NCBI RefSeq assembly: GCF_963921235.1
Contig: NC_086097.1
Span: forward strand, 204,230,001 to 204,294,000
DNA length: 64,000 nucleotides
Direction of reading: 5' to 3'
Source: Mobula hypostoma
Lineage: Eukaryota
The notes beneath the pieces are model-generated. The model was not told where the DNA came from, ran no database searches, and worked only from the letters and a program-made list of their open reading frames with translations. A program made the translations under genes and the position numbers. Of this stretch, positions 11,161 to 24,020 are shown in pieces (within the stretch, counting starts at the first letter, position 1; each line of letters starts with the position of its first letter).

Positions 11161-14100
11161 AGGCCCAATCAGCGGAGGGAGCAGTGCATAGTGAGGAGGT
11201 TACGGTGCTCACTTACAAGGAGAGCTTCGCAAGCATTTGGTGTCATTCCAGTGGCCGAATCAATAGCGGGAGCAGTTCAGAGGGGAGTAAATAGAAGTAC
11301 AGAAGGGGCAAGTGGAGTGGTCATTGTTGGGAGAGCGGCAGTGGTGAGAGCGGGAGTGTTAGGCTTTGGCTCAGAGGAGGCTGAATTCAGCTCAGAAGAG
11401 GCGATGGCTTTGGGTAAGTTGTCCAGGAAAGTTTCCGTTAAATTTCCCTTTCTTCTTACTGTGTCAGGGGTACTTAGGGTAGTTTAAATGGCCGTTGTGT
11501 GTTCTTCATGCCGGACGTTGGAGTCCTGAGAGACCCAGAGTCTCCCAGGGAACTACATCTGTGTGAAATGCATCCGACTGTAGCTCCTTGAAGACCATGT
11601 TAGGGATCTGGAGCAGCAGCTGGATGACCTTCGGCATGTATGGGAGAGTGAGGAGATCATCGATTGGAGTTACAGGGAAGTTGTCATCTGTAAGTTGCAG
11701 GGTGACTATCAGGAGAAAGAATAGGAGGTGAATAGGTAGTTAACGCAGAGCATCTCTGTGGCCATTCCCCTCAATAATAAGTATACTATTTTGGATACTT
11801 TTCTGGGGGTGATATCCCACGGGAATGCCATGGAGACTAGGTTATTGAGCATGACTCTGTGGTGCAGAAGGGAAAGAGGGAGAAGAGGGGAACTGGAGCG
11901 ATACGGGACTCAATAATCAGAGGAACAGACAAGAGATCCTGCGGACAAGAACACCCAAATGATACATTGCCTCCCAGGTCCCAGGAGGTCTTGGATCGCT
12001 TCCACAGCATTTTGAAGAGGGAGGGAGACCAGCCAGATGTCTTGGTACATATTGGTACCAATAACATAGAAGGAAAAGCAAAGAGGTCCTGAAAAGAGAA
12101 TTTAGAGAGCTGAGCAGAAAGCTAAGAAGCAGGACATCCAGGGCAGTAATTTCTGGATTACTACCTGTGCCACACACCTGTGAGGGTAGAAACAGGATGA
12201 TTTGGCAGATAAATGCATGGCTGAGAATCTGGTGCCGGGGGTAGGACTTCAGGTTCTCGGATCATTGGGATCTCTTCTGGAGGAGGTATGACCCGTACAA
12301 AAGGGATGGGTTACACCTGAACACAAGGAGAACCAATATTCTCCTGGGCAGGTTTGTTCAAGCTGTTGGGGAGGGTTTAAACCAATTTGGCAGGGGTTGG
12401 GAACCAGAGTGAAGAGAATCAGGATAGGACATATGGTAAAAAAGCAAAGATAACGTGCAGTCAGACTGTCAGGAAGGGCAGGCAGATGATAGGACAAAAT
12501 TGCTGCCAGCAGGGTGAGTATCAGTGCGTTAGAGATGCAGAATCAAAAAAAGATAGCAAATACAGTACTCAAAGTATTATATCTCAATGCACGGAGCTTA
12601 AAAAATAAGGTGGATGATCTTGTTGCGCTTCTACTGATTGTTGGGTATGAAGTTGTGGCAATCACTGAATCGTGGCTGAAGGATGGTTGTAGTTTGTATC
12701 TGAATGTCCAAGGTTACACATTGTTTCGGAGGGAAGGTAGGCAGAGAGGGTGGTGTGGCTCTGCTGGTAAAGAATGGCATAAGATCATTAGAAAGGTGTG
12801 ACAATTTGTTGCTGAATCTACTAGGGGATCAGCTATATTGGATTGGGTGTTATGCAATGAAGCGGAGGTAATTAGGGAGCTTAAGGTAAAGGAACCCTTA
12901 GGAGACAGTGATCACAATATGATTGTGTTCCACTCGAAATTTGATCGGAAGGAAGTAAAGTTTGTTGTAGTGATATTTCACTGGAAATTACAGTGGTATA
13001 AGAGAAGAGTTGGCCAAAGTAAATTGGAAGGAGATGCTGGCAGGGATGACATCAGAGCAGCGATGGCTTAAGTTTCTGGGAAAAATGAGGAAGGTGCAGG
13101 ATAGATGCATTCCAAAAATAAAGAAATATTCAAATGGCAAAATAGGACAACCGTGGCTGACAAGGGAAGTCAAAGCTAATGTAAAAGCAAAAGAGAGGGA
13201 ATATAACAAAGCAAAAATTAGCAGGAAGACAGAGGATTAAGAAGCTTTTAAAAAGCTACAGAAAACAACTTAAAGAATCATTAGGTGGGAAAAGATGAAA
13301 TATGAAAGCAAGAAGCAAACAATATAAAGGTGGATAGAAAAAACTTTTTCAAGTATATAAAAATAAAACAAAGATGAGAGTGGATACAGGACCGCCAGAA
13401 AATGAGGCTGGAGAAATAATAATTGGGGACAAGGAGATGGCAGATGAACCAAATGAGTATCTTGCATCAATTTTCACTGTGGAAGAAGTGTTGAAGGGTG
13501 TGAGGGAAGAGAAGTGGGAGCAGTTACTATTACAAAGGAGAAGTCGCCTACAAGGTTGAAAGACCTAAAGGTGCATAAATCACCCAGACCAGATGAACTG
13601 CACCCTTGGCTTCTGAAAGAGGTAGTGTTAGTGATTGTGGTGGCTTTAGAAATGATTTTTCAAAAACTATTGGACTCTGGCATGGTGCCAGAGGACTGGA
13701 AAATTGCAAATGTCGCTTCACACTTTAAGAAAGGAGGAAGGCAGCAGAAGGGAAATTATAGACCACTTAGCCTGACCTCAGAGATTGAGAAGATGTTAGA
13801 GTCAATTGTTCAGGATGAGGTGATGGAGTACTTGGTGACACAGGACAAGATAGGACAAAGTTAGCATGGCTTCCTTCAGGGAAAATCCTGCCTGACAAAC
13901 CTGTTAGGATACTTTGAGGAGATTACAAGTAGGATAGATAAAGGGGATGCAGTGGATATTGTACATTTGGACTTTCAGAAGGCCTTTGACAAGGTGCCAC
14001 ACATGAGGCTGCTTACCAAGTTAAGAGCCCATGGTATTACAGGAAAGCTTCTAGCGTGGTTAGAGCATTGGCTGATAGGTAGGAGGCAGGGAGTGGGAAT

Positions 14101-15506
14101 AAAAGGATCCTTTTCTAGTTGGCTGCCAGTGGTGAGTGGTGTTCCGCTGGGGTTGGTTTTTGGACTGCTTCTTTTTATGCTGCATATAACTGATTTAGAT
14201 GATGGAATAGATGGCTTTGTTGCCAAGTTTGCAGATGATATGAAGATTGGTGGAGGGGAAGGTAGTGTTTAGGAAACAGGAAGGCTGTAGAAGGACTTAC
14301 ATAGATTAGGAGAAAGGGCAAGAAAGTGGCCAAAAGAAACATAGAAACATAGAAAACCTACAGCACAATACAGACCCTTTGGCCTACGTGCAGTGCCGAA
14401 CATGTACTTAGTTTAGAAATTACTTAGGGTTACCCATAACTCTATTTTTCTAAGCTCCATGTACCTATCCAAGAGTCTGTTAATAGACCCTATCATATCC
14501 GTCTCCACCACCACCGCGGGCAGCCCATTCCACGCACTCACCACTCTCTGCATAAAAAAACTTACCCCTGACATCTCCTCTGTACCTACTCCCAAGCATC
14601 TTAAAACTATGCCCTCTCATGTTAGCCATTTCAGCTCTGGGAAAATGCCTCTGACTATCCACACAATCAATGCCTCTCATCATTTTAAACAGCTAAGAAA
14701 ATGAAATACAATGTTGGAAAATGCATGGTCATGCACTTTGCTAGGAGAAATAAACATGCTGACTATTTCGTAAATGGGGAGAAAATCCAAAAATCTGAGA
14801 TACAAAAGGACTTTAGAGTCCTTGTGCAGAACACTTTAAAGGTTAACTTGCAGGTAGAGTAGGTGGTGAGGAAGGAAAATGCAATGTTAGCATTCATTTC
14901 AAGAGGTCTTGAATACAAGAGCAGGGATGTGATACTGATGCTTTAGAAGGCACTGGTGAGCTCTCACCTTGAGTATTGTGAACAGTTTTGGGCTCCTTAT
15001 CTGAGAAAAGATGTGCTGGCATTGGAGAGGGTTCAGAGGGTGTTCACAAGGATGATTCTGGGAATGAAATCTTCTCATACGAGGAACGTTTGATAGCTCT
15101 GAGCCTGTACTTGCTGGAATTTAGAAGGATGAGGAGAGATCTCATTAAAGCCTTTCAAATGTTGAGCAGCCCAGACAGAGTAGATGTGGAGAGGATGTTT
15201 CCCATGGTGAGGGAATCTTGGACAAGTGGGCTCAGCTTCAGGATAGAGGGGAGTCCATTTAAAACAGAGATACTGAGAAATTTCTTTAGCCAGAGGGTGG
15301 TGAATTTGTTACCACAGGCAGCTGTGGAGGCCAGTTCATGGCGAAGATTGCTAGGTTCTTGATTGCCCATCCATCAAAGGTTATGGGGAGAAGGTGGGGC
15401 AGTGGGACTGAGGTGGAGGAAAAAGAAGGATCAACCATGGTTGAATGGTGGAGCCAACTCGATGGGCCAAATTACCTGATTTTGCTCCTATGTCTTGGGG
15501 TGTTAT
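11161..15506 (+). mobile_element. Near full-length degenerate CR1 LINE C (5'UTR, ORF1 from ATG 11488, ORF2, 3' tail) inserted in CR1 A
   Basis: ORF1 remnants (CxxC, IRDSIIRGTD, PDVLVHIGTNN); ORF2 remnants (LKVLYLNARS, NYRPLSLTS, DFQKAFDKVPH, FADD); tail at about 15485-15505. Confidence 0.85.
14333..14692 (-). mobile_element. CR1 3' fragment nested antisense in CR1 C
   Basis: agaaacatagaaacatagaaaa tail at 14335; minus-strand RGHSFK..FF..RVVSAWN peptides; host resumes at aaatgaaatacaatg. Confidence 0.8.
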
Positions 15507-16274
15507 AGGAGTCCTCGTGCAGGATTCGCAAGGGTTAATGTGCTTGTAGAGTTGGTGGTGAGGAAGGCAAATGCAATGTTAGCATTAATTTTGAGAGGAC
15601 TGGAATATAAAAGTAAGGATGTAATTCTGTGCCTTTATAAGGTACTGTTGAGACCTCATTAGGAGTATTATGATCAGTTTTGGGCCTCTTATTTAAGAAA
15701 GGATTTGCTGACATTGGAGAGAGTTAACAGGAGTTTCATTAGAATGATTCCAGGAATGAATGGCTTGTCGTATGAGGAACAATTGATGGCTCTGGGCCTT
15801 TATTTGCTGGAATTTAGAGGAATGAATTTGAATGTTCAACGGCCTAGATAGAGTGGATGTGGAGAGAATGTTTCTTTTATCTGGAGATTCTGGGACCAGA
15901 ATGCACAGCCTCAGAATAGAGGGACATCCATTTGGAACAGAGTTGAGGAGGATCTTCTTTAGCCAGAGGGCTGTGAATCTGTGGAATTTGTTGCCACAGG
16001 TGGATGTGGAGGCCAGGTCATTGGGTATAGTGAAAGCGGGATTTGATAGGCTCTTGATTAGTCAGGACATGAAAGGTTATGGGGAAATGCAGGAGACCGG
16101 CTGAGAAGGAAATGCATCAGCCATGATGAAATGGCAAAGCAGACTCAATGGGCCGAATGGTCTCATTCTGTTCCTATGTCTTATGGTATTATTAATGATC
16201 ATGTCATGGTTGGCATAGAAATGGACAAAAATTGACAAGGATGTTACATAATATATTTGATGATAAGGTGAATT

Positions 16275-16960
16275 TGCAAGCACGAGAGTTTTCGCAGATG
16301 CTGACCAACTCACACAAAATGTTGGAGCGGGCATCTATAGAATTTAATGAACAGTCGACATTTTGAGCTGAGCTCCTTCATCAGGACTCATAAGGCGAAT
16401 TTAAGTCCCTCTACATAAATGGTCATCTTATATTTTTGCTGTCTGCTGCACAAATACTTCAGCATGGTCAGCTGACTTAACCTTGATGAGGCAGTGTAAG
16501 GAGCAGAGACTGTGAGGTTTGAGCAAAGTCAGTAAGAACTTAAACACAATAGCTTCACATAGCATGAACTGCATAAAAGGATCATCAACAATTTCAATGG
16601 TGCACTGTAAACACAAGAGTAACACACATCAAGTGCTGGCAGAACTCAGCAGGTCAAGCAGCATCTATGGAGAGGAATAAACACTGTTTTGGGCCGAGGT
16701 CCTTCATCAGGACTGGAAAGGAAGGGGAAAGAAACCAGGCCAAACTCAAAAGACATGAAATTCTGCAGATGCTGGAAATCTTGAGCAGCACACTCTGGAG
16801 GAATTTAACAGGTCAGGCAACATCCATGGAGGGCAAAGAACATTTGAGGTTTTGGGCCAAGGAACACTTGCAAAATACAGGAGTAACTCAGCAAGTCAGT
16901 CAGCATCAACCAATAGTGCATGACTTGTTGATTTCTTCCAGCATTTTGCATGTGTTGCTC
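16275..16960. mobile_element. Cluster of degenerate Penelope-like terminal-repeat fragments
   Basis: Repeated ctgcagatgctgg / gaactcagcaggtca / cagcatctatgg / ccttcatcaggact motifs shared with 19832-19930 and 37575-37705. Confidence 0.65.
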
Positions 16961-18189
16961 AGTGGGATACTATGTTTGGCTGCAGAAGAAATTAACTAAG
17001 CAATAAATGTGAACGCACAGTTTCCAGGGCCCAGTAACGAATGCTGAGCTGGTGTGGGAACCCCAAACTCTTATGTTTTCTCTCAGGAAACTGGAATCAC
17101 TTCTGAAGCTGCTGACTCTCAGGAACTGCCTCCCAAGAATAGTAAAAGAAGTTTCATAACCCAACTCACTGAGAAACCAAAGAAGGTGACAAGGAGCCCT
17201 TTTAGTAGGAAAATCTGGCTACTGATGACAGAATTATGCAGCAGATGTACAGTATCTTAAATCAGAGCGGGAAAGGTTAAGGGAAAGAATGCAGGATCAA
17301 CAGAGGAAGATGTCTGGCATCAGTGCTTGTGCCAGTAGAGGATGCTACAGCTGAATGCAAATTCAGTTTATGGAAATAACTACAAATGATAACTGCTGGA
17401 ATCCCTGAAAAAAATGCTCACAAAGTGTTGGGAAAACTGAGCTGAAAATTATAGATTCATAATAAATATTTCTTCTGCTAAATTTCTTCACATCACATCC
17501 CGTTTTAGTTAGAAATCCCTAAAATGCATATTTACATTTTTGTCCCAGATGCCTTGCTACTTCCTCTTGCAACTTTCTGACAGAAAGGTTTAGCAGTGTG
17601 CCCATGGCTGTTCTTTGTATCTACAGCAGGAAATGACTACATCTGTTACTGCATCACCTGAGGGCTCCTAGTAATTGTTCCTTCTGAGAAAGGCTCAGAT
17701 TCTTACAGTTCTGATGAAAGGTTTTCACTCAAACCAATTAACTCTACTTCTCTCTCCACAGGTGAACCCAACATGATGAATATTTCCAAGAGCTTCTGTT
17801 TGTATCTTGATATGAAGTTTGCTTTGGTCTCCAGCTGCATTGTTTGAAGTAGGAATGTAACACCAGAAAGACTTTTGGGGAAATGTCTTTCAAGCTAAAT
17901 CCCATTCTATCCTTTATACTTCCTTCATCAGGGACCATCACCATCTGGCTTCTTCTCATGACTACCATAAGGGAGGAGATATAGAAGCCTGTATGTTTTC
18001 GGAACAGCATTTTCCCTTCCAACATCAGAGTTTTAAAAAATTGCTATTAGCTTTTGCACTATTTGTTTATTTTGTTTTGTAACTTACAGTAATTATTTGT
18101 CATGCATTGTACTGCAGCCACAAAACATTTCATGACATATGTCAGTGATAAGCCTGATTTTGATAATTCCACTTTCTCCAGCAAGTTAA

Positions 18190-18540
18190 CCCTACCTTCA
18201 TCCCTTTTCCTCCTTCTCCACTAAATGTCCATTGGGTTATAGAACTTTACAGATTTACTACCCATTGGGGGAAGAAATGTCTTCTCTTCTCTGTCCTGGA
18301 AAACAAATCCCTCTTTTGAAACTGTAGTTCAAGACTTCTTAGCCAGGGGAAGTATCATCTCTGCACCTTCAGTGTCATGCTCTATTAGAATTTTGGATGG
18401 TTTAGAAAGATCACATCTCATTCTACTAAACTCTGTGGAATATAAACTCATTCTGTTTAATCTTTCCCCATAGGGCAATTTTGCTTTCATAAATCCAAGT
18501 TGTGAGTCTAGTTTACTCAATGTCCCTTTTCACCTTCCTG
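18190..18540 (-). mobile_element. Old CR1 ORF2 C-terminal fragment
   Basis: ORF 18329-18520 LPYGERLNRMSLYSTEFSRMRCDL. Confidence 0.6.
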
Positions 18541-19831
18541 AATAATAGATAGCTGTGATTTTGCAAATGATGCCAAGCAAACTCATCTGTGTTTTCTTAT
18601 TTTCTCTCTCTCCTTTTCTATTGGAGTTACAGTACACGTGAAACAGAAAAATCCCCCAAAAAATGGTAAATAATTGACAAACTGTTTGAACACTGAATGG
18701 TCACTGGATGTTGCATATCTGTTCACAAGGAAGGCGTGAAGTAATATATTTTTGTGATAATATTTTATTTTGTGCACTGTGATATATGTATTGTGGGTGT
18801 ACTGAGGTCCGGAGGAGCTTTGTTTCTTTGATTGTATATCTGTACAGTCAGAGGACAAAAAACTTGAACTTCCAGTAGGCACTGGATATGGATTTACTAA
18901 CTACAAAGGATTTATGTGTTGGAACTTGCTGCCAAGGGAGGTGATGGAAACAATACAATAGCAACATTTAAGAGGTATTTAGACAAGTGTGTGGAGCTAA
19001 TAGAGATGGGGGAGATCTTACGAGGATTTTTTTGCATCTCTATTTACTCAGGAGATGGACACAGGGTTTGTAGAATTGAGGAAAAGCAGCATTGAGGACA
19101 TGGACCCTCTACAGATCACAGAGGAGGAGGTGTTTGCTGTCTTGAAGTAAATTAAAGTGGATAAATCCTTAGGGCATGACAAAGGGTTTCCTTGGACCCT
19201 GCCGGAGGCAAGTGCTGAAATGGCTGGGGCCCTAGCAGAGAAAGATGCAGAGAGTCCTTGAAGCGACAGGTTAGGTACCAGAGGATAGGAGGATAGCCAA
19301 TGTTTTTCCATGGTTTAAGAAAGGCTCTAAAAATAAACCAAGAAATTATAGGCAGGAGCCTGACATCAGTAGTGGGAAAGTTATTGGAACATATTCTAAG
19401 GGAGCTGATATATGAATATTTGGATAGACATGGATTGATTAGGGATAGTTAGCATGGCTTTGTGCATGGTAAGTCGTGTCTAATCAAACTTTTAGAGTTT
19501 TTCCAGGAAGTTACTAGGGAAACTAATGAAGGCAAGAGAGTAGACGTTGTATAAATGGATTTTAGTAAGGCCTTTGACAAGGCCCCGCATGAGAGGTTGG
19601 TCAAGAAGGTTCAGTCGCTTGACGTTCAAGATGAGGTAGTAAATTGAAATAGACATTGGCATTGTGGGAGAAGCCAGAGAGTGGTAGCAGATGGTTATCT
19701 CTCTGACTGGAGGTCTGTGACTGGTGGAGTGCTACAGGGATTGGTGCTGAGTCCTTTGTTGTTTGTCATCTACATCAGTGATCAGGATGATAATGTGGTT
19801 AACTGGAATAGCAAATATGCAGATGACACAG

Positions 19832-20590
19832 TGATTCACAAAAAATGCTGGAGGATCTCAGCAGGCCAGACAGCATCTATGGACAAAAGTACAGTTGATG
19901 TTTTGGGCCAAAATCCTTCAGCAGGACTGGAGAAAAAAAGCTGAGGAGCAGATTTGAAAGGTGGGGAGGGAGGGGAGAGAGAAACACCAGGCGATTGGTG
20001 AAACTTGGAGAGGGAGGGATGAAGCAATGAGCTAGGAAGTTGATTGGTGAAAGAGAGAGAAGGCCATGAAAGAAAGAAGACAAGTTGGCGGGGGGAAGCA
20101 CCAGGGGGAGGCGATGGGCGGGGAAGAAGATAACATGAAAAAGGGAAAAGGGGATGGGAAATGGTGAAGGAGGGCGTTGGGGTGTAGGCATTACTGCAAG
20201 TTTGAGAAATCGATGTTCATACCATGAGGTTGGAGGCTACCTAGAAGGAATATAATGTGTTGTTCCTCCAACCTAAGTGTGGCCTTTTCCCGGCAGTGGA
20301 GGAGAACATACATGGACATATTGGTATGGGAATGGGAAGTGGAATTAAAATGGGTGGCCACTGGGAGATCCCACTTGTTCTGATGGACGAAGCGTAGATG
20401 TTCGGTGAAGTGGTCTCCCAATCTATGTCGGGTCTCATTGATATACAAAAGGTTACACTGGGAGCACTGAACACAGTATATGGCCCCAACGGACTCACGG
20501 GTGAAATGTTGTCTCATCTGGAGGTACTGTTTGGGGTCCTGAATGGTAGTGATGGAGGAGGTGTAGGGGCAGGTGAAGCACTTGTTCTGC
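19832..20590 (-). mobile_element. Penelope-like element, 3' part (endonuclease plus terminal repeat)
   Basis: GIY-YIG-like ORF followed by a pyrimidine-rich tract and a terminal repeat with a decayed hammerhead (agtcctgctgaaggattttggcccaaaacatcaact). Confidence 0.85.
20191..20590 (-). pseudogene. Penelope GIY-YIG endonuclease C-terminal domain
   Basis: KCFTCPY...FTRESVGAIYCVQCSQCNLLYINET.HRLGDHFTEH...PVATHF...LEEQHIIFLLGSLQPHGMN shows the IY-x-C-xx-C-xxx-YIG(N)ET, EH, HF and PxGxN motifs. Confidence 0.85.
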
Positions 20591-22184
20591 TTGCAAAGAT
20601 AAGTGCCGGGAAAGTAAACTTCTTCACTCAGAGGGTCGTGAGAGTATGGAATGAGCTGCCAGTGTGAGTGTTTCATGCAATCTCAATTTTAATGTTTAAG
20701 AGATGTTTAGTTACGTACCTGGATGGCAGGGGTATGGAGGGCTATGCTGCAGTTCAAGCAGAGTAGGGAGTTTAACTGGTTTGGCATAGACTAGCTATAC
20801 TGTATTCTTCAATGGCTGTACGGCTCTTCTATGACCCTAGGTACATGAGGAGGCAGATATGGAGGGATAGAGACTGTGCAAGCAGATGGGATGAGTTTAA
20901 ACTGGCATTATGTTTGATGCAGAAGTAATGGGCCATAGGGCCCGTTCCTGTGCTGTATTGTTCCCTGTTCAATATCCAGTGAAGTTAGTGGGGGGTGGGG
21001 GGAAAGAAAAGAATTAGAGGATAGGTTTATGTAAAGTGAGGTCGCAAGTTGTATGCTGACCACAGACAATTTCATCACTTTGAGCTCTATTCAAAATGTG
21101 TACTTGGTCTAGTGTGCAGATCAGTTAGGTATCTGGGTGAAAAGCATGTTCTTGGGGCTTCTCACCTTTAATAACAGGCTGACACTGCCCAGCGTGTTGC
21201 TGGAGGAATCCCTCAGGTACTGTGGAAGCAGCTGTCAGGCATAAGGCTAGACAAATACTGCCAGAGATGCTAAGGAACAGTTTTGGGTATTGTCCCTCAT
21301 GGCTGTTTCAACTATAGTAGGGCTTCATGCAGATCAAATAATCCTGAATGCACGAGGCTCAACACCTTGTCTCGGGTCAAATAATTCATGTAATTACTCT
21401 CACACAGTTGGAGCCTATTCGGTTATCCAAAGAGTCTAATGATGATTTACCTTAAAGGAAGTGATATCAGTAATGTTTTATAGCCAATGTGTTGTTATTT
21501 TCTATGTGGTTCTAATTTAGTAGCTTGGTTTCCAAGTTGAATCCTTGCTGCACACACCAGATGAGACATGGTTTAAACCATTATATGAGGGATGATTGCA
21601 TTGTCATCTTTCTCACTGCTTTTTAAAATTAAATGTTTCCTGCAGCTTTCTGAGGGGTTCAATGATTTGATGGCACTACATGAAAATGTAAGTGTTTCAC
21701 GACAACTACCGAAAATTAACAAGTTAGAAGATTCTGTGATCCTTTTTGCAATCCTAAGGTTACTCATTTGCTAATATTTTTCCATCCAGTGTATATTCAG
21801 CTACTTGCATTACAGCGGCATCTCTTTAATGGCTATCACAATTTCTTCAGTTAATTCTGCAAAATTATCTTCAACAGTTTGTAACCTAGATTTATATTTT
21901 TGTCATATTCATTCTATGATAGTAACACAAACCATCTTTGTCTTGATATTATGGGTAGGGCTAATCTGAGCCCAAAAATGTTCAAGTGAAATGGGGTGCT
22001 AAAAGTGTGCAGGGGCAACTTGGTAGGGGTTTAATGAAGGTGAATATTGGTCAAGTTAGTAGTTAATTCCTGTTTACAGATGTGTGCGTAACTATTCTTG
22101 CTTTTTATCAACATGCAAGAAGCATATCCTAAATGCCACTCATAATCTGTAAGAGGATGGTGGGGGGACAGTACATGTGCTCCT

Positions 22185-22870
22185 GTTCAGATCAATGGTG
22201 AGAAGGTTAAGAACTTCAAGTTCATAGGAGTGAACATCTTCAATAGCGAGTCCTGGCCCAACCACACTGATGCTATGATCAAGAGCACCTCTATTCCCTC
22301 AGGAGGTGGAAGAAATTTGGTGTGTCCTCTTAGAACTTCATCAATTTTTACCATAAAAAGCATCTTATCCTGATTCAGCACAGGTTGTTATAGCAACTGC
22401 TCTGCCCATGACTGCAAGGAACTGCAGAGAGTGGTGAACACAGCTCAGCACATCACAGAAACCAACCTTCTCTCTATGGACTCGGCCTACACGTCTCACT
22501 GCCTCGGCACAGCAGCCAGGATAATCAAACACCTCATCCCACCCGGGTCATTCTCTCTTCTCCTCTCTCCCATTGTGCAGTAGATACAAAAACCTAAAAG
22601 CACGAAACACCAGGCTCAAGGATAACTTTTATCCCGATGTTGTAAGATGGTGCCCTAGTACGATAGGAATGACTTGACCTCACAATTTAACTCATTATGA
22701 CCTTGTGCCTTATTGTCTGCCTGCACTGCACCTTCTTTTATTTTGCATTCTGTTATTGCTTTTAATTTTTACAACATCAGAACACTGTTGTAATGAATTG
22801 AGTTGTATGATGGTATGCAAGACAAGATTTTCATTGTACTTTGGTACATGTGGCAGTAGTAAACTAATTT
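22185..22870 (+). mobile_element. Old Rex1/Babar-like LINE 3' part
   Basis: aacttcaagttcataggagtgaacatc (FKFIGVNI) and gaactgcagagagtggtgaacacagctcagcacatc are homologous to the RT C-terminus at 51831-52330. Confidence 0.65.
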
Positions 22871-23054
22871 ACCAATTTACTTAATATAAGTGACCCGAGC
22901 TCCAGTATCATAATTTGAAGCATCACCAAGAGTCTGGTGCACCATAGTGTACAAAGAATGACTAATTCACTTAAATACCTTTAGCATGTGCCCCTCTATT
23001 GCTCTCCATTGAAATGCCAATGTTTATCCTCCACCAGTAACGAGTGGAAGAGTG

Positions 23055-24020
23055 TTAGAACGTAAAGCAGTGCAGGCCCTTCAGCCCATGATGCTGTGCT
23101 AACCTTTTAACCTACTCCGAGATCAATCTATCCTTTCCCTCCCACATAGTCATCCGTTATTTTTTCATCCATGTGAGGGTCCCTAATGTATCTGCCTCTA
23201 ACAGCACCTCCACCAATGCATTCCATGCTCTTACCAATTTCTGTATAAAAAAACCTCTTTTAAAAGGACCACAACCTGGTCGTGGTTTGGAGGCTTTCAT
23301 GCTTCACACAATGTTCACTGGAGTCAGGGCATTATGGTTTGGCTTGTGGTAGGGTCACCCATGCCAAACAGGTAAAAGATTAGAAGCCAGACTAAGAATG
23401 GTTCACTGGTCCTCCAGGTTCGGGGGTTTAGCTCAGAGCTAACAACCCTGACTGGTCAAACAAACTCGTTGCAGAACAGCAGTAAAGATTCCTTCTACAT
23501 CTGTATGTAATGGTATTCCTGAGTCTCCACCCAGGAGTACCGTCAGTAGTGGCTAGCATGGCTGACAGAAGTGAAAACCAAGAATAAGCTACTGCTATGA
23601 TGAAGGAAGCACTGAATATCGCCAAGACCCAGACCAAAATTGGCCAACGATAGACAGAGATGGAGGATCTTCATTGCTGCCCTAAACACCAATGGCTAAA
23701 TGGGCAGTAGATAAGTAAGTGTAGAAAACCTAACTTTTGATATTCCCCCTTTAAATTTCCTCCAATCGCCTTAAAACATGTCCTCTCATATTAGCCGTTT
23801 CTGTTTTGGGAAGAAGATGGTGGCTCTCCACTCTATCTCTGCCTCTTAATATCATATACACTTCTATCAAGTCATCCTCCTTAGCTCCAAGGAGAGAAAA
23901 ACATAACTCTAGCTTGCTATACTTTTCTATCATAAGATATGCTCTCTAGTCCAGACAGCATCCTGGTAAATCTCTTCTGAACCCCCTCTAAAGTTTCCAC
24001 TTCCTTCCTATATTGAGGTG
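23055..24020 (-). mobile_element. Old CR1 3' part, split by an insertion at about 23265-23720
   Basis: Minus-strand DDLIEVYMILRGRDRVESHHL and SPQYRKEVETLEGVQKRFTRML; CR1-type 3'UTR at about 23055-23250. Confidence 0.6.
23265..23720 (+). mobile_element. Probable non-autonomous RTE-clade derived short element
   Basis: ggtagggtcacccatg..ccagactaag..tggtcctccaggttcgggggt..gctaacaaccc resembles RTE 5' ends; gacagagatggagg..gctgccct..taagtaagt resembles RTE 3' ends. Recognised from memory, not searched. Confidence 0.45.

Larger units (their letters stand above)
6380..16190 (+). mobile_element. Old CR1 LINE A, ORF2 split into three pieces (about 6380-7162, 9919-11160, 15507-16190) by nested insertions
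   Basis: APE start (LNARSI-like) at about 6400; sequence resumes collinearly after each insert, e.g. caaagggtctt at 11160 continues as aggagtcctcgtgcag at 15507; 3' tail at about 16170-16190. Confidence 0.75.
19035..20830 (+). mobile_element. CR1 LINE ORF2 interrupted by a Penelope-like element
   Basis: VTGGVLQGLVLSPLLF..YADDT ends at about 19830; the CR1 3' part (NFFTQRVVRVWNELP) resumes at about 20595. Confidence 0.75.

Noticed and set aside
12376..12520. Fourth CR1 junction as full support for AUG-less ORF2
   Set aside because: The heptamer is present but the stop is mutated, the linker has indels and includes an ATG (RQMIG), so it supports only heptamer conservation.
16428..16625. Possible minus-strand exon (CTIEIVDDPFMQFMLCEAIVFK)
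   Set aside because: Acceptor is plausible but there is no good donor and no recognisable homology; it lies among Penelope fragments.
20191..20676. 161-aa ORF as a stand-alone nuclease gene
   Set aside because: Its N-terminal ~28 aa come from antisense CR1; the rest is a truncated Penelope endonuclease with an altered YIG motif.
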